A DNA stretch of 64,000 nucleotides from Vicinamibacterales bacterium. Lineage in GTDB: Bacteria; Acidobacteriota; Vicinamibacteria; Vicinamibacterales; JAMQPK01. Position 1 is the stretch's first letter. Each line of letters opens with the position of its first letter. The position numbers were made by a program, and so were the translations under genes. A model generated the notes under the pieces. It had not been told where the DNA came from. It saw only the letters and a program-made list of their open reading frames with translations, and made no database searches. The stretch covers positions 120,641 to 184,640 of the forward strand of contig CAWAKJ010000003.1 of NCBI GenBank assembly GCA_963782595.1. The letters are read 5' to 3'. Shown here in pieces: positions 10,148 to 20,115 of this stretch.

Positions 10148-11164
10148 TCACCATCCTGCTGTGCGCAGCGCGCGCTCGAACGCGCGCACGACCAGGCGCG
10201 AGCGGTGTCCCTGGGTAGCCTTCAAGAGACGGTGCGCCGCTTTGTCGAACATTGAGCGTGGGTCAAGAAGCTCTCCGGGTGATGTTCCGGTGAGCGCTGC
10301 GACAGCGTTCCAGTCCTTGTCCCAGATGTCGATTTTGCGAAAAAGCTCCGGGCCGTGTTGTTGCAGCATGTGGACCACGTCCCGGTCCCACCATGTGACG
10401 GGCTCGCTGCTCACACCCTGGAAATCAATACCGAGGCATCGATAGCCGTCCAGCCATTCCGGTTTTATCGGGTGAATCTCACTCTTGTCCCAACGACCGT
10501 ACATGTGGCCATAGTCGCGGAAGATCTGCAGCGGGCCCTTCTTCTGGTTGGCCACGTGTTCCCACGCCTGATACCAGCGATGCTTGCTGACCATGCGCTC
10601 CCATGCCACGTATTGAAAATGCAGCACGACGACGTCGTCGAGGTCGATGGTAGGTGCGCCCGGTGGGTGGGGAACGCGTGGGCTGTGAATCCTTTTTCCG
10701 TGATGGTCGGAACCGTCATCCACAAATGCAAAGCCTATCCGCTCTGGAGGAATCCATGCGCGTTCGAATCCGGGAAGAATGTTCACCCAGCGAAACCGGA
10801 TGATTGTTCCCGGTTTTACGTTGTCGAGCCGACGCCACTCCTCACTTGTCGCGAAGTTCGCCGAGATCGTTTCGTCGGCATCCAGGCCGATCAGAATGCG
10901 CCTGCCGGAGACTTGCCTGGCGCGGTCGAGCAGGAGTCGCTGGCGATGGCTTTCATCATAAGTCGGAGATTCGTTGATCACGACGTCCACCGCGGGCGTC
11001 TGCTGCAGCGCTTGCAGCGTGCCATCGGTAGACCCTTGGTCTGCGACGATGATATCGGTTGACCACTGCTTCGCAGCCGCCAGGAACTGCTTGATGATCC
11101 ACGCCTCGTTACGAACAGGCGTAACGCAAATACGATGGCTGGGTTCGTTCACGGTATGGCACAT
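10148..11164 (-). CDS. Glycosyltransferase family 2 (copy 2; roughly nine in ten residues identical to 8208..9212 by eye)
   Basis: It has the same motifs as copy 1. Similarity begins at 'HRICVTPVRNEAW'. A GTG at 11152 is homologous to the copy-1 start and is an alternative start. Confidence 0.75.
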   Translation of the reverse strand: MCHTVNEPSHRICVTPVRNEAWIIKQFLAAAKQWSTDIIVADQGSTDGTLQALQQTPAVDVVINESPTYDESHRQRLLLDRARQVSGRRILIGLDADETISANFATSEEWRRLDNVKPGTIIRFRWVNILPGFERAWIPPERIGFAFVDDGSDHHGKRIHSPRVPHPPGAPTIDLDDVVVLHFQYVAWERMVSKHRWYQAWEHVANQKKGPLQIFRDYGHMYGRWDKSEIHPIKPEWLDGYRCLGIDFQGVSSEPVTWWDRDVVHMLQQHGPELFRKIDIWDKDWNAVAALTGTSPGELLDPRSMFDKAAHRLLKATQGHRSRLVVRAFERALRTAGW

Positions 11165-11205
11165 CCTGGATGTAAGGGGGGTTCAGCCAGTGGCTCGTCC
11201 ATGAG

Positions 11206-12757
11206 CTATCCCGACGGCGCGAGCGCGACGCGCAGCGCGGATCGCAGTGCCCGGAACTCGAATCGTCCTCCTGGTAACGTTATCCAGAGAGCGGGAAACA
11301 CAAGCGTCGTGATCGACAGCCCGGCGACGAGACTGACGAACCCGGCAGTCATGGGGACTGCGGCTCGAAAGGCGAAGAGCCCAATCGCCAGAAGCATGCT
11401 CGAGGCGAAAGGCCGGGCAAGCGCGCCGAGGAAAGAGCCGATTGTGACTGGAGAGTTCCTCACCGACACGTATAAGAACGGCGCAAACATGACTAGAGTG
11501 GTCGCGACGTCTCCGATCGCGACCCCAACGGGGCCCCACCGCAGGCCGAGCAGCATGAGCAACGCCTTCAGCATGCTGTAGGCAACGGCGAGCGTGAGCA
11601 ATTCTCGGGATCGCCCACTGCTTACGAGCACGAACCCAATCATGGAAAACACCGACTGAAATATTCCGCCCACGCCGAAGATGCGGATGAAGGTGGCGGC
11701 GCCCTGCCACTGGTTTCCAAGGACAACCGCAGCGACTTCCTCGGCATACACGGCCAAAAACACGCCCAGGGGCATGCTGGCTGTCGCCACGATCGACGCG
11801 ATGCGCAAGAAGAGAGCGCGGTATCGATCGCGGTCGCCCTGCAGCATGCTGAGGCCAGGCAGCGACACCTGGTACAGAGGTCCCATGAGCTGGCTCATCG
11901 GGGTGACGACGAGTTGGTACGACTGCCTGTACATGGCGACCGTTCCGGCATCCCGAAACCTTCCGAGCAGAAAACGGTCCAGGCTATTCGAGAACGCTCC
12001 GAGAATATAGGTTCCCGTCAACCCTGATCCAAATGCCAAAAAGCCTCTAACGGTCGTGTCTCGTCGCGGCCACCCCGGAATCCATGGGCAGAGAGCCCAC
12101 GCTCCTATGAGGATCAATGCGCTCCGGGAGATTTCGCGCCAGACCAGCGCCCAGTAGCCGAATCCCGCGCGCGCAAGGAACACCGCCAAGGAGCGAACTG
12201 ACCACGAACGCGACCAGGCTCATGGCGGACTTCGGCCCAAGGCGCATCTGCCGACCGAGCAGTGCTTGGTGTTGCACTGACAGTCCGCCGAGGAGGAAGG
12301 TGGAAGAGATCGCCATGGTCATCGACGTCACACGCGGCTCTTGGAAGTAGAACGCGACGAGCGGCGACAAGGCGCAGATGACAACCGCTATCAGCGAACC
12401 GGCAGCGGTGTTGATCCAGAAGAGATTCGACACTTCGTCGTGGGTGATTCGCTCACGCTGGATGGTTGCCGTCGAGAGACCCAGGTCGCGGAACTGGTCC
12501 GCAACTGCCGTCACGGCGGTGACCATCATGAAAAGGCCGAACGCCTCGGGCGAGATCAACCGGGCGAGTATCGCGGTCGTACCCAGCCGGAACACGAACT
12601 CTCCGCCGCCGGTGAGAAGGACATAGCTAAATCCGCGCACGGATTTGCGCCGAAGGTTCCGCCGCGTCTCTTCTGTCTCCGAGAAGCACTCGAAATCAGC
12701 GGAACCCTTGAGACGGGAAGCCCACTTAGTCAGGAAAGGTAGTGACAGCAAGGTCAA
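11206..12757 (-). pseudogene. Wzx-like polysaccharide flippase (Polysacc_synt family), frame-disrupted (+1) around 12180-12220
   Basis: The N-terminal half lies in track ORF 12047..12862 ('FRLGTTAILARLISPEAFGLFMMV...SLVAFVVSSLL'). The C-terminal half lies in ORF 11206..12189 ('VFLARAGFGYWALVWREI...'), in the +1 frame. Both halves are multi-TM. The 5' start is uncertain; TTG codons at 12757 and 12751 are candidates. Confidence 0.65.
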
Positions 12758-12788
12758 ATCGTCGGAATGGAAATCTGTGGTGCAGTCG

Positions 12789-13577
12789 CTAAAGTACTTC
12801 GTGCCACGGCCTCGACGCGACTGCTGCCCAGTCTTGCCGTCGCTTCTTGCTGAACGGATCATTCAGAAACGCACTTGCCGGCATGACCGGAAAAAACTCC
12901 TCGCCAATTCCATTCTTGACAAAGAATGCATTGAAGCCGAAACGGTGCACACCAACAAGGCGGTAGCCTTTCTCCTTGGCAAGACGGCACATTGCCTCGA
13001 GAGAGGCGCCCCGATAAAGTTCAGAGTCGCTGACGAAGGCTGGATCGTAAGGCACAGTCACTGCTCGACCGGCTGGAACGGCGTTGTGTGTTTCACAGAC
13101 GACAACCCGCGGCGCGATCACGGTGATGGCCTTCCACACCCAGTAGTCCATGCCGTCAAGATCGAGACTGAGTAAATCCACGTCGCCGGTGATCCCTGCC
13201 GAGGTCAGTTGGTCGTTCACATTCTCTGCCGTAATCCAGGCCTGCGTGAATCTCGGAGGATGAAGAAACGTATCTCTATGATTGGCGAAGAATCGCCGTC
13301 CGTCCTGAACATTGCGCTCGTTGCCATCGAACAGGTATCCCCACCAGCCGTGGTTGACGATCAAATTCGTCGTCATGCACTGCCGTCCATTACCCGCGCA
13401 GATTTCCACGCAATTCCGATTCAACGGCGCTATCAACGAGAACAGGTAGAGGAGAATCCCATCCTCTTCGAACTCCGAATGGTGTCGAAATCCAACGTCC
13501 TCGAGCGGCGGCAAGTGTTCGATGCCTCGAGCGGCCAGGATGCGGTACTGTTGCATCAGAACCTTTTGCGCGACCAC
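12789..13577 (-). CDS. FkbM/Methyltransf_21-like methyltransferase-fold protein
   Basis: 'CVEICAGNGRQCMTTNL' resembles the SAM-binding G-loop. 'DLLSLDLDGMDYWVWKAI' resembles the FkbM 'DxEGxE' region. The track start is GTG; an ATG at 13556 is an alternative. Confidence 0.55.
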   Translation of the reverse strand: MVAQKVLMQQYRILAARGIEHLPPLEDVGFRHHSEFEEDGILLYLFSLIAPLNRNCVEICAGNGRQCMTTNLIVNHGWWGYLFDGNERNVQDGRRFFANHRDTFLHPPRFTQAWITAENVNDQLTSAGITGDVDLLSLDLDGMDYWVWKAITVIAPRVVVCETHNAVPAGRAVTVPYDPAFVSDSELYRGASLEAMCRLAKEKGYRLVGVHRFGFNAFFVKNGIGEEFFPVMPASAFLNDPFSKKRRQDWAAVASRPWHEVL

Positions 13578-13684
13578 ATCAGTCGATCGAAGACGTGGTC
13601 CCGAATTCCAACTCGAGTTCGTTGCCGATGGATCGGACCAGCCTGTTGAATAGACGCTTGGCGACCCGCTTCATCTGAATGATG

Positions 13685-14920
13685 TCAGCCCGCTCTTTGG
13701 GCTGCAGTGGCAGTCGTCCGGGTGAGGACCTTCGATCGCAGGCACTCTTCGGCCGCAGCCCACACATTCGGCCGGATCGCATCCCATGTCCACTTTGCCA
13801 AAAACTGGTGCCAGGCTCTCTCGGCCATGGCCGCAGCGAATTCGGGATGGCTGATGGTGCGGATGCACGCGTCGGCAAAGTCTTCTGCCGATTCCGCTAA
13901 CAACATGTCGCGACCGTTCTTCGGATCGTAGCCGTACGCTCCAAGCGACGTCGATACGACAGGGCATTTCTGACTGAAGGCATGCGCGATCTTGCCTCGA
14001 GTTCCGGCCCCGACGTGCACTGGTACTATCGTCGCGGACCACGTCGCAATCTCGTCTGCGGGATCCTCAACCCAGCCGAGTCCGTCGATGTCCACGCCCT
14101 CAGGTTTTAGTGGGCCATCGCTGAGGCGGCCAATCAGTCGAAGGCGCGCGTCAGGAACCGCGTGCTTGATCCTGGGCCAGCACTCCCGTGTGAACCAGGT
14201 GATTCCCGCCAGGTTCGGCCCGTGATCCAGGACACCGATGAAGCCAAGCCGGGGCGGCGCTGCAAGCTGGCGAACCGGCATATCAGCGGGACGTTCGAAT
14301 CCATTGGGGCATACGTATAAAGGTCTCTCCAGCCCCAAACCTCGCAGGTATTGCCTGTCGTTCTCGCTGCACACGGTGATGACGTTAAATCGCTCGCCCA
14401 GCAGCTGTTCGCGTCGCTTCCAGCTCCACAGTCTTACGGAGCTTGATAATCGCTGCCGGACGGCAGACCGGCCGTTCAAAGTCGACTGTTCGAATGTGCT
14501 CGGGATGTCACCCACGTCTACCACAGAGCTCTGCCACGTCCAGCAAGGAAAGGCGTTCGCGGTCCGCAGCTCAGAGAACCAGAGCATATCGAACTGTTTC
14601 GCGGTGCGAAGGACACGCTGGAGGTCTCTCTCGTCGGTTGCCATTCCGTGCGGACAAGCCGACCGTGCATTCAAGGCCCAGTCCAGCTTCTGAGCGATAT
14701 GGGTATTCGGGCGAGGCTTGATGCTTACGCTAAACGCGATGTCAAACTCAGATTGTTCAATCGGCGCCCTGCTTCTAAAGTTTCCGTCGGCTCCCACGAC
14801 CACGACTTGAACGCGCCCCACGTCTCTCAGCGCGCGTGCGATCTGGAGTGACCTGAGTTCCCCCGCACTTGTGGCCTTTTGTGGCCAGAACGGCGAGATA
14901 TACAGAATGCTTGGCGTCAA
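13685..14920 (-). CDS. Glycosyltransferase, GT-B fold (GT4-like)
   Basis: 411 aa. 'ILYISPFWPQKATSAGELRSLQIARAL' N-terminus and 'VPVHVGAGTRGKIAHAFSQKCPVVSTSLGAYG' C-terminal region. The TTG start overlaps the upstream TGA. Confidence 0.7.
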   Translation of the reverse strand: MTPSILYISPFWPQKATSAGELRSLQIARALRDVGRVQVVVVGADGNFRSRAPIEQSEFDIAFSVSIKPRPNTHIAQKLDWALNARSACPHGMATDERDLQRVLRTAKQFDMLWFSELRTANAFPCWTWQSSVVDVGDIPSTFEQSTLNGRSAVRQRLSSSVRLWSWKRREQLLGERFNVITVCSENDRQYLRGLGLERPLYVCPNGFERPADMPVRQLAAPPRLGFIGVLDHGPNLAGITWFTRECWPRIKHAVPDARLRLIGRLSDGPLKPEGVDIDGLGWVEDPADEIATWSATIVPVHVGAGTRGKIAHAFSQKCPVVSTSLGAYGYDPKNGRDMLLAESAEDFADACIRTISHPEFAAAMAERAWHQFLAKWTWDAIRPNVWAAAEECLRSKVLTRTTATAAQRAG

Positions 14921-16926
14921 CGAACGATCCTGGGGCGGCCAGGGGCAGGGGCCTCCGGCGCCGACGTACCGGTGCCCGGCGGGTCTACTCCTCGCATAAA
15001 TCGATAACCGGCCGGGATCGCTTTGTAGTCCAGGTTCGGTGCACCTGGGTCAAACGGGGGCCAAGACAGGTGTCCGAACCAGATTGGCTTTGCGCGGAGA
15101 TACAGGCTTGGCGGCAAGGCCGCGCCCCCAAGCGACTCGGCAGGCGGAATGCCCACGGGCATGTAGGCATTCGCTTTCTTCAGCGTGGTCGCTACGACGT
15201 CGAGGTCGAGTTCCTGAAAACCTCCAGAGCCCGGTTCAATCTTCACGGGCGTGTTGAGCGGAGGTAACTTGGTCTGCCACGGCGAGGAATCGATGGCGAC
15301 GAGCTGCTGTGTCACGCTGTCGACCTTTACCCATGTGAACGGTGCGGTTCCCGCCGCCAGCCAGAGTGCTGCGGATTGTCCCGAAATCAGCTTTCCGGAA
15401 CTCAGCGTGATACGACCGTGGAAATCATCCCTCCGGACCGTTAACGTGCCACGTATCGTGGTGCCGGTGGTGGGGCGCCAATCATCCCAATAGTCCCCCT
15501 TGCTCGGTTGAGCCGTGCCGCTCGAATTGCCGTTGCCAATGTTGGGCTGCCCATACGAGTCGCACCGACCGCCTGCATGCTTCGCACTACCGAGAATGTT
15601 TCCCACGACGGAAACGTTTCTCGTGAACCGCTTCAGACTTAAGCAGTAGGTGAGCGTGTCGCCGGCCGCGATGCCGTTGCCGTGCAGGAGATTCCGGTAG
15701 ATCGTGTCTTCGGAGTTGCTTCCGTAGTAGCCATCGGACATCAGATTGTGCGAGATGTTCCCCTCGTACAGGTTAAAACTGTTATGGGGAGCATGGTTCG
15801 TATCGATGCCAATAAGTCCATTTTTGTTGTGGATGAAGTTGTACGCGATGACATTCCCGGAAGAACCATGATTGACTTCGATGTTGGGAAACGATTCCCG
15901 GATGATGTTGTCCTCGATCAAGCAGCCCGACACCGTGCCCATGAGAAGACCAGCACCGTTTGGGCCTGCATGGTTCAACTCATCCAATTGGCTATGACGC
16001 AACTCGCAGTTGAGCGAGTCGTTGAGAAACACGTTGAAACGGCTCGACCGGATCACCGTGACGTCTTTCATCCAGGAGGCATACGTTTGCTCGAACCACA
16101 ATGCAAACGTCACAGTCCCGTTTGTGCCGTCCAGCGTCAGGTGCTCGATCCCGACGTAATCCGCCTGCGCCCGTGCCACGTTCACCTTGGCGGCGAGTGA
16201 GCGGAATCGCTGATAGCCGTAGATCGGCGGATAGACGGTGAGCGACGTGGCCGTCTTGGCCACCACGCGGGTCATCTGCTTGCGAACAGACTCATACCCC
16301 GCCACACTCATGACCGGCAAGGACCTGTCATTGGACACACGGAACAGCACCATCTGGTTGACCGAGAACACGGAGGTGTCAGCCAGCGTAAGAGTAGTGC
16401 CGCCCGTGGGGGCGTGGGGCGCGTATGCGGTCACGGTGTTGTTTGACCGGGGCGACGACCACGCATAATCACTTCCTGAGCCGACGAAGAGGCACGTACC
16501 CGCCCGACAGTCGAGCACCGTATCCGCACCCGCGCCACGCAGGGTGATGAAGTCCTTCGTCGCAGGGATCGACAGGGTCGTGTTGATTCGCCATCGGCCC
16601 GGCGGGATTGACACGATGGTGTTGGCGGGCGCAGACGTGATCGCGGCTTGGATGAGGGACGCGGCATTCGCGGTGCCATTTCGCATTTCAGCTGTCGCGT
16701 TACTCAGCGCTACACATTGTGCTGTCAGGCACTGTGCTCGTCCTGTTGGTATGCCGCCAGGGACTCCAACCGTCTTGCCGGCCTCCCATCGAATCAGGCG
16801 GTTCAAGGAAATAATTTCCGACCCAGGTATTGTTTGCGCTGCCGCATAAGCGCCGAACAGCGCAAAAATGCCGACTGCAGGTAGTGAAAGCGAGGAGCGA
16901 TTTAGTCGTATCAACATGAACCCCAT
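14917..16926 (-). CDS. Secreted right-handed parallel beta-helix protein (pectate-lyase-fold), copy A, intact
   Basis: Signal peptide 'MGFMLIRLNRSSLSLPAVGIFALFGAYAAAQT'. Repeated beta-helix rungs include 'CLIEDNIIRESFPNIEVNHGSSGNVIAYNFIHNKNG' and 'HNSFNLYEGNISHN'. The start is set at Met24 of track ORF 14917..16995, by homology with copy B. Confidence 0.7.
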   Translation of the reverse strand: MGFMLIRLNRSSLSLPAVGIFALFGAYAAAQTIPGSEIISLNRLIRWEAGKTVGVPGGIPTGRAQCLTAQCVALSNATAEMRNGTANAASLIQAAITSAPANTIVSIPPGRWRINTTLSIPATKDFITLRGAGADTVLDCRAGTCLFVGSGSDYAWSSPRSNNTVTAYAPHAPTGGTTLTLADTSVFSVNQMVLFRVSNDRSLPVMSVAGYESVRKQMTRVVAKTATSLTVYPPIYGYQRFRSLAAKVNVARAQADYVGIEHLTLDGTNGTVTFALWFEQTYASWMKDVTVIRSSRFNVFLNDSLNCELRHSQLDELNHAGPNGAGLLMGTVSGCLIEDNIIRESFPNIEVNHGSSGNVIAYNFIHNKNGLIGIDTNHAPHNSFNLYEGNISHNLMSDGYYGSNSEDTIYRNLLHGNGIAAGDTLTYCLSLKRFTRNVSVVGNILGSAKHAGGRCDSYGQPNIGNGNSSGTAQPSKGDYWDDWRPTTGTTIRGTLTVRRDDFHGRITLSSGKLISGQSAALWLAAGTAPFTWVKVDSVTQQLVAIDSSPWQTKLPPLNTPVKIEPGSGGFQELDLDVVATTLKKANAYMPVGIPPAESLGGAALPPSLYLRAKPIWFGHLSWPPFDPGAPNLDYKAIPAGYRFMRGVDPPGTGTSAPEAPAPGRPRIVR

Positions 16927-17029
16927 GCGTTTGACTGCGTTCACAGGCTGTAGTGCGTTTACAGGCTGCAGGCAGCAAACATGCCAAACTGTCATGGGGC
17001 AGACTTACACGGAACTGCGTAAGGAGCAT

Positions 17030-17170
17030 GTAATAGCGCGGAACCTCGACACGCCGAAAGCCATTGCTGATCTTGAACACGACGCGCGCCACCTGCAGCG
17101 ACCGCACCTCTGGTGCGCTTGTCACCTGATGCGGTGAGAATGGCGAGATATACAGAATGCTTGGCATCAA
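17030..17170 (-). other. Duplication junction scar: the first ~29 codons of the GT4 gene fused to a 3' fragment of the GNAT/FemAB-like gene
   Basis: Track ORF 16700..17170 begins 'MMPSILYISPFSPHQVTSAPEVRSLQVAR' (compare the GT4 start 'MTPSILYISPFWPQKATSAGELRSLQIAR'). It then reads 'VVFKISNGFRRVEVPRYY', which is identical to the C-terminal part of 19222..20115. Confidence 0.8.
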
Positions 17171-19171
17171 CGAACGATCCTAAGACTGGTAGGCATCTGC
17201 GGTGCCGATGCGCCGGTGCCCGGTGGGTCTACTCCTCGCATGAATCGATAACCGGCCGGGATCGCCTCGTAGTTCAGGTTCGGTGCACCTGGGTCAAACG
17301 GGGGCCATGACAGGTTTCCGAACCAGATTGGCTTTGCGAGGAGATACAGGCTTGGCGGCAAGGCTGCGCCCCCAAGCGACTCGGCAGGCGGAATGCCCAC
17401 GGGCATATAGGCATTCGCTTTCTTCAGTGTGGTCGCTTCGACATCGAGATCAAGTTCCTGAAAACCTCCCGAGCCCGGTTCAATCTTCACAGGCGTGTTG
17501 AGCGGCGGTAACTTGGTCTGCCACGGCGAGGAATCGACAGTGACGAGCGACGCTTGTGACACTTCCGACCCTGACCCATGTGAGCGGCACGGTTCCAGTT
17601 GTCAGCCAGAGTGCCGGGACTTGCCCAGGAGTCAGCCTTCCCGAACTCAGCGTGACACCACCGTTGAAATCATCCGTCCTGACCGTTAACGTGCCGCGGA
17701 TCGTCGTGCCGGTGGAGGACGCCAATCATCCCAGTAGTCGCCCCTGCTCGGCTGGGCCGTGCCGCTCGAATGCACCGTTGCCGATGTTGGGCTGCCCGTA
17801 CGAGTCGCACCGACCGCCGGCATGTTTCGCAGTGCCGAGGATGTTCCCCACGACGGACACGTTCCGCGTGAACCGCTTCAGGCTCAAGCAATAGGTAAGC
17901 GTGTCGCCCGCCGCGATGCCGTTGCCGTGCAGGAGATTCCGATAGATCGTGTCGTCGGAGTTGCTGCCGTAGTAGCCGTCCGACATCAGGTTGTGCGCGA
18001 CGTTGCCCTCATACAGGTTGAAACTGTTATGAGGCTTGTGGTTTATGTCGATGCCAATCAGCCCGTTCTTGTTGTGAAAGAAGTTGTATGCGATGACGTT
18101 GCCGGATGAAGCGTCGTTGACTTCGATGTTGGGGAACGCATCCCGAATGATGTTGTCCTCAATCAAACAGCCTGACACCGACGTCATCAGCAGTCCGCCA
18201 CCGTTGGAGCCGGAATGGTTCAGTTCATCCAATCGGCTCCGTCGCATCTCGCAGTTGAGCGAGTCGCTAAAGTAGACGTGGAAATTGCTGGACCGGATCA
18301 CCGTGACATCGTTCAGCCACGAGCCATACGTCTGCTGGAACCACACACCGTATCGCACCGTCCCGTTCCCGCCGTCGATCACCAGATGCTCGATCCCAAC
18401 AGAGTCCGCCTGTTGCCGGGCTGCGCTCACCTTGGCGGCGAGGGATCGGAATCGCTCATAGCCGTAGATCGGCGGATACACCGTGAGCGTGCTCGCCGTC
18501 TTGGCAACCACGCGCGTCATTTGCCGACGCATGCGCTCATACCCGGCCACACTGATGACCGGCAGCGAGGGATCGTTGGCGACTTGGAAATTGACCATTT
18601 GGCCGACGGCAAAAGCCGCCGAGTCCGCGACCGTAAGCACAGTCCCCTCGGTGGCGGGATCCGGCGCGTAGGCGGTGACAGCATTGCCGGTGGGTGGCCA
18701 CTCCCACGTATAGTCGCTTCCTATTCCGACGTTGATGCACGTCGCGGCACGACAGTCGAGCACCGTGTCAGCACCCGCGCCACGCAGGGTGATGAAGTCC
18801 TTCGTTGCCGGGATCGAGAGCATCACATCGATCCGCCATCGCCCCGCAGGGATCGACACAATGGTGTGGGCGGGCGCGGACGTGATCGCCGCTTGGATGA
18901 GGGGCGTGGCATTCTCGGCACCCGTTCGCACGCCACCCGTGGCGTTGCTCAGTGCTACACATTGTGCTGTCAGGCACTGTGCTCGTCCTGTTGGTATGCC
19001 GCCAGGGACTCCAACCGTCTTGCCGGCCTCCCATCGAATCAGGCGGTTCAAGGGAATAATTTCCGACCCAGGTATTGTTTGCGCTGCCGCATAAGCGCCG
19101 AACAGCGCAAAAATGCCGACTGCAGGAAGTGAAAGCGAGGAGTGCTTTTGTCGTATCACCCGAAACCTCAT
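17167..19171 (-). pseudogene. Beta-helix protein copy B, degenerate (three 1-nt indels relative to copy A and an internal stop)
   Basis: It is spread over track ORFs 17726..19270, 17480..17725 and 17167..17562. Alignment to copy A shows +1 near 17770, -1 near 17715 (with a TGA between them) and +1 near 17560-17580. Confidence 0.8.
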
Positions 19172-19221
19172 GCGTCTGACTGCGTTTACAAGCTCGCAGT
19201 GCAGCAAACGTGCGACGCCTG

Positions 19222-20115
19222 TCATGGGCAGACTTTGCGGGTATTGCGCCAGAACGTATTTGTATGCCAACGGCGTCGCAGTTCACGGAACTGCGCAAGG
19301 AGCGGCTCGGGGATGCGCTCGCTCAAGCGGTGATGAAAACCGGTGTTCATGGCGAGAGTGCCTCGCAATGTGAATGGCAGGTAATAGCGCGGCACCTCGA
19401 CACGCCGAAAGCCGTTGCTGATCTTGAACACGACGAGGCTGTCGTGATGCTTCCTTCCGTAGGAGAATCGTGCATAACAGAGGTAGGGAATCTTGCGATC
19501 GGCGCAGGAGCGGACTGTCTGTGCAATCAGGGCGTTTGTCGGCGCCACATCGCGGTATGCGGCCATCGACAGGATTTGCATCATTGCGGCCTGGCCGCCG
19601 GATTTATCGATAACCAGCTTCACGAATCCGACCAAGCGCTTGTCCAGAAAAGCGCCGATGAAGATGCTCTGATCCAAGAATGTTGCATTCTCACGTCTAA
19701 CTGTGTCCACGTCCTTGCCGTAGTGCCAGAACCGCTTTCCTTGTCGAACCGGCGTCTCGTTATAGATCTCCTGGATGCCCGTGACGAGAGCATGGTCGAA
19801 GGTGACCTCTTTGACCACCAATCCCTTTTTCTGGCTCTTCCGAACCATGTTGCGCGTTTTATTGTCAATCTGGGAGTTCCACCAATGCTCAAACGTTTGC
19901 ACGGGTAACGCCGCAAAGTTGTCCCACTCCATCGGATAGTCAAACGCGGGTAGGACGTGAGGGAGAGTCTGAACAAATGTAAATACGTCTATCGCAGGTG
20001 CGATGGCGCGAACCCGTGCCATTAGAGCCGAAGGGTCTTCCAGCTTGTTAAACCCGTCGCAAGGGAGACTGGCGATACGCACCAGGCGTCCAGAAATCCG
20101 GAGGTTTGTCGTCAC
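19222..20115 (-). CDS. GNAT / FemAB-like acyltransferase-fold protein
   Basis: 297 aa. 'WWNSQIDNKTRNMVRKSQKKGLVVKEV' and 'GFVKLVIDKSGGQAAMMQILS' resemble BioF2-like/FemAB-type acetyltransferase domains. GTG start in a GTGA overlap. Confidence 0.5.
   Translation of the reverse strand: MTTNLRISGRLVRIASLPCDGFNKLEDPSALMARVRAIAPAIDVFTFVQTLPHVLPAFDYPMEWDNFAALPVQTFEHWWNSQIDNKTRNMVRKSQKKGLVVKEVTFDHALVTGIQEIYNETPVRQGKRFWHYGKDVDTVRRENATFLDQSIFIGAFLDKRLVGFVKLVIDKSGGQAAMMQILSMAAYRDVAPTNALIAQTVRSCADRKIPYLCYARFSYGRKHHDSLVVFKISNGFRRVEVPRYYLPFTLRGTLAMNTGFHHRLSERIPEPLLAQFRELRRRWHTNTFWRNTRKVCP

Noticed and set aside
14917-19171. Beta-helix proteins as PEP-CTERM exosortase substrates
   Set aside because: Both copies end '...PGRPRIVR' / '...PTSLRIVR'. 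They lack a PEP motif, a C-terminal TM helix and a basic tail.
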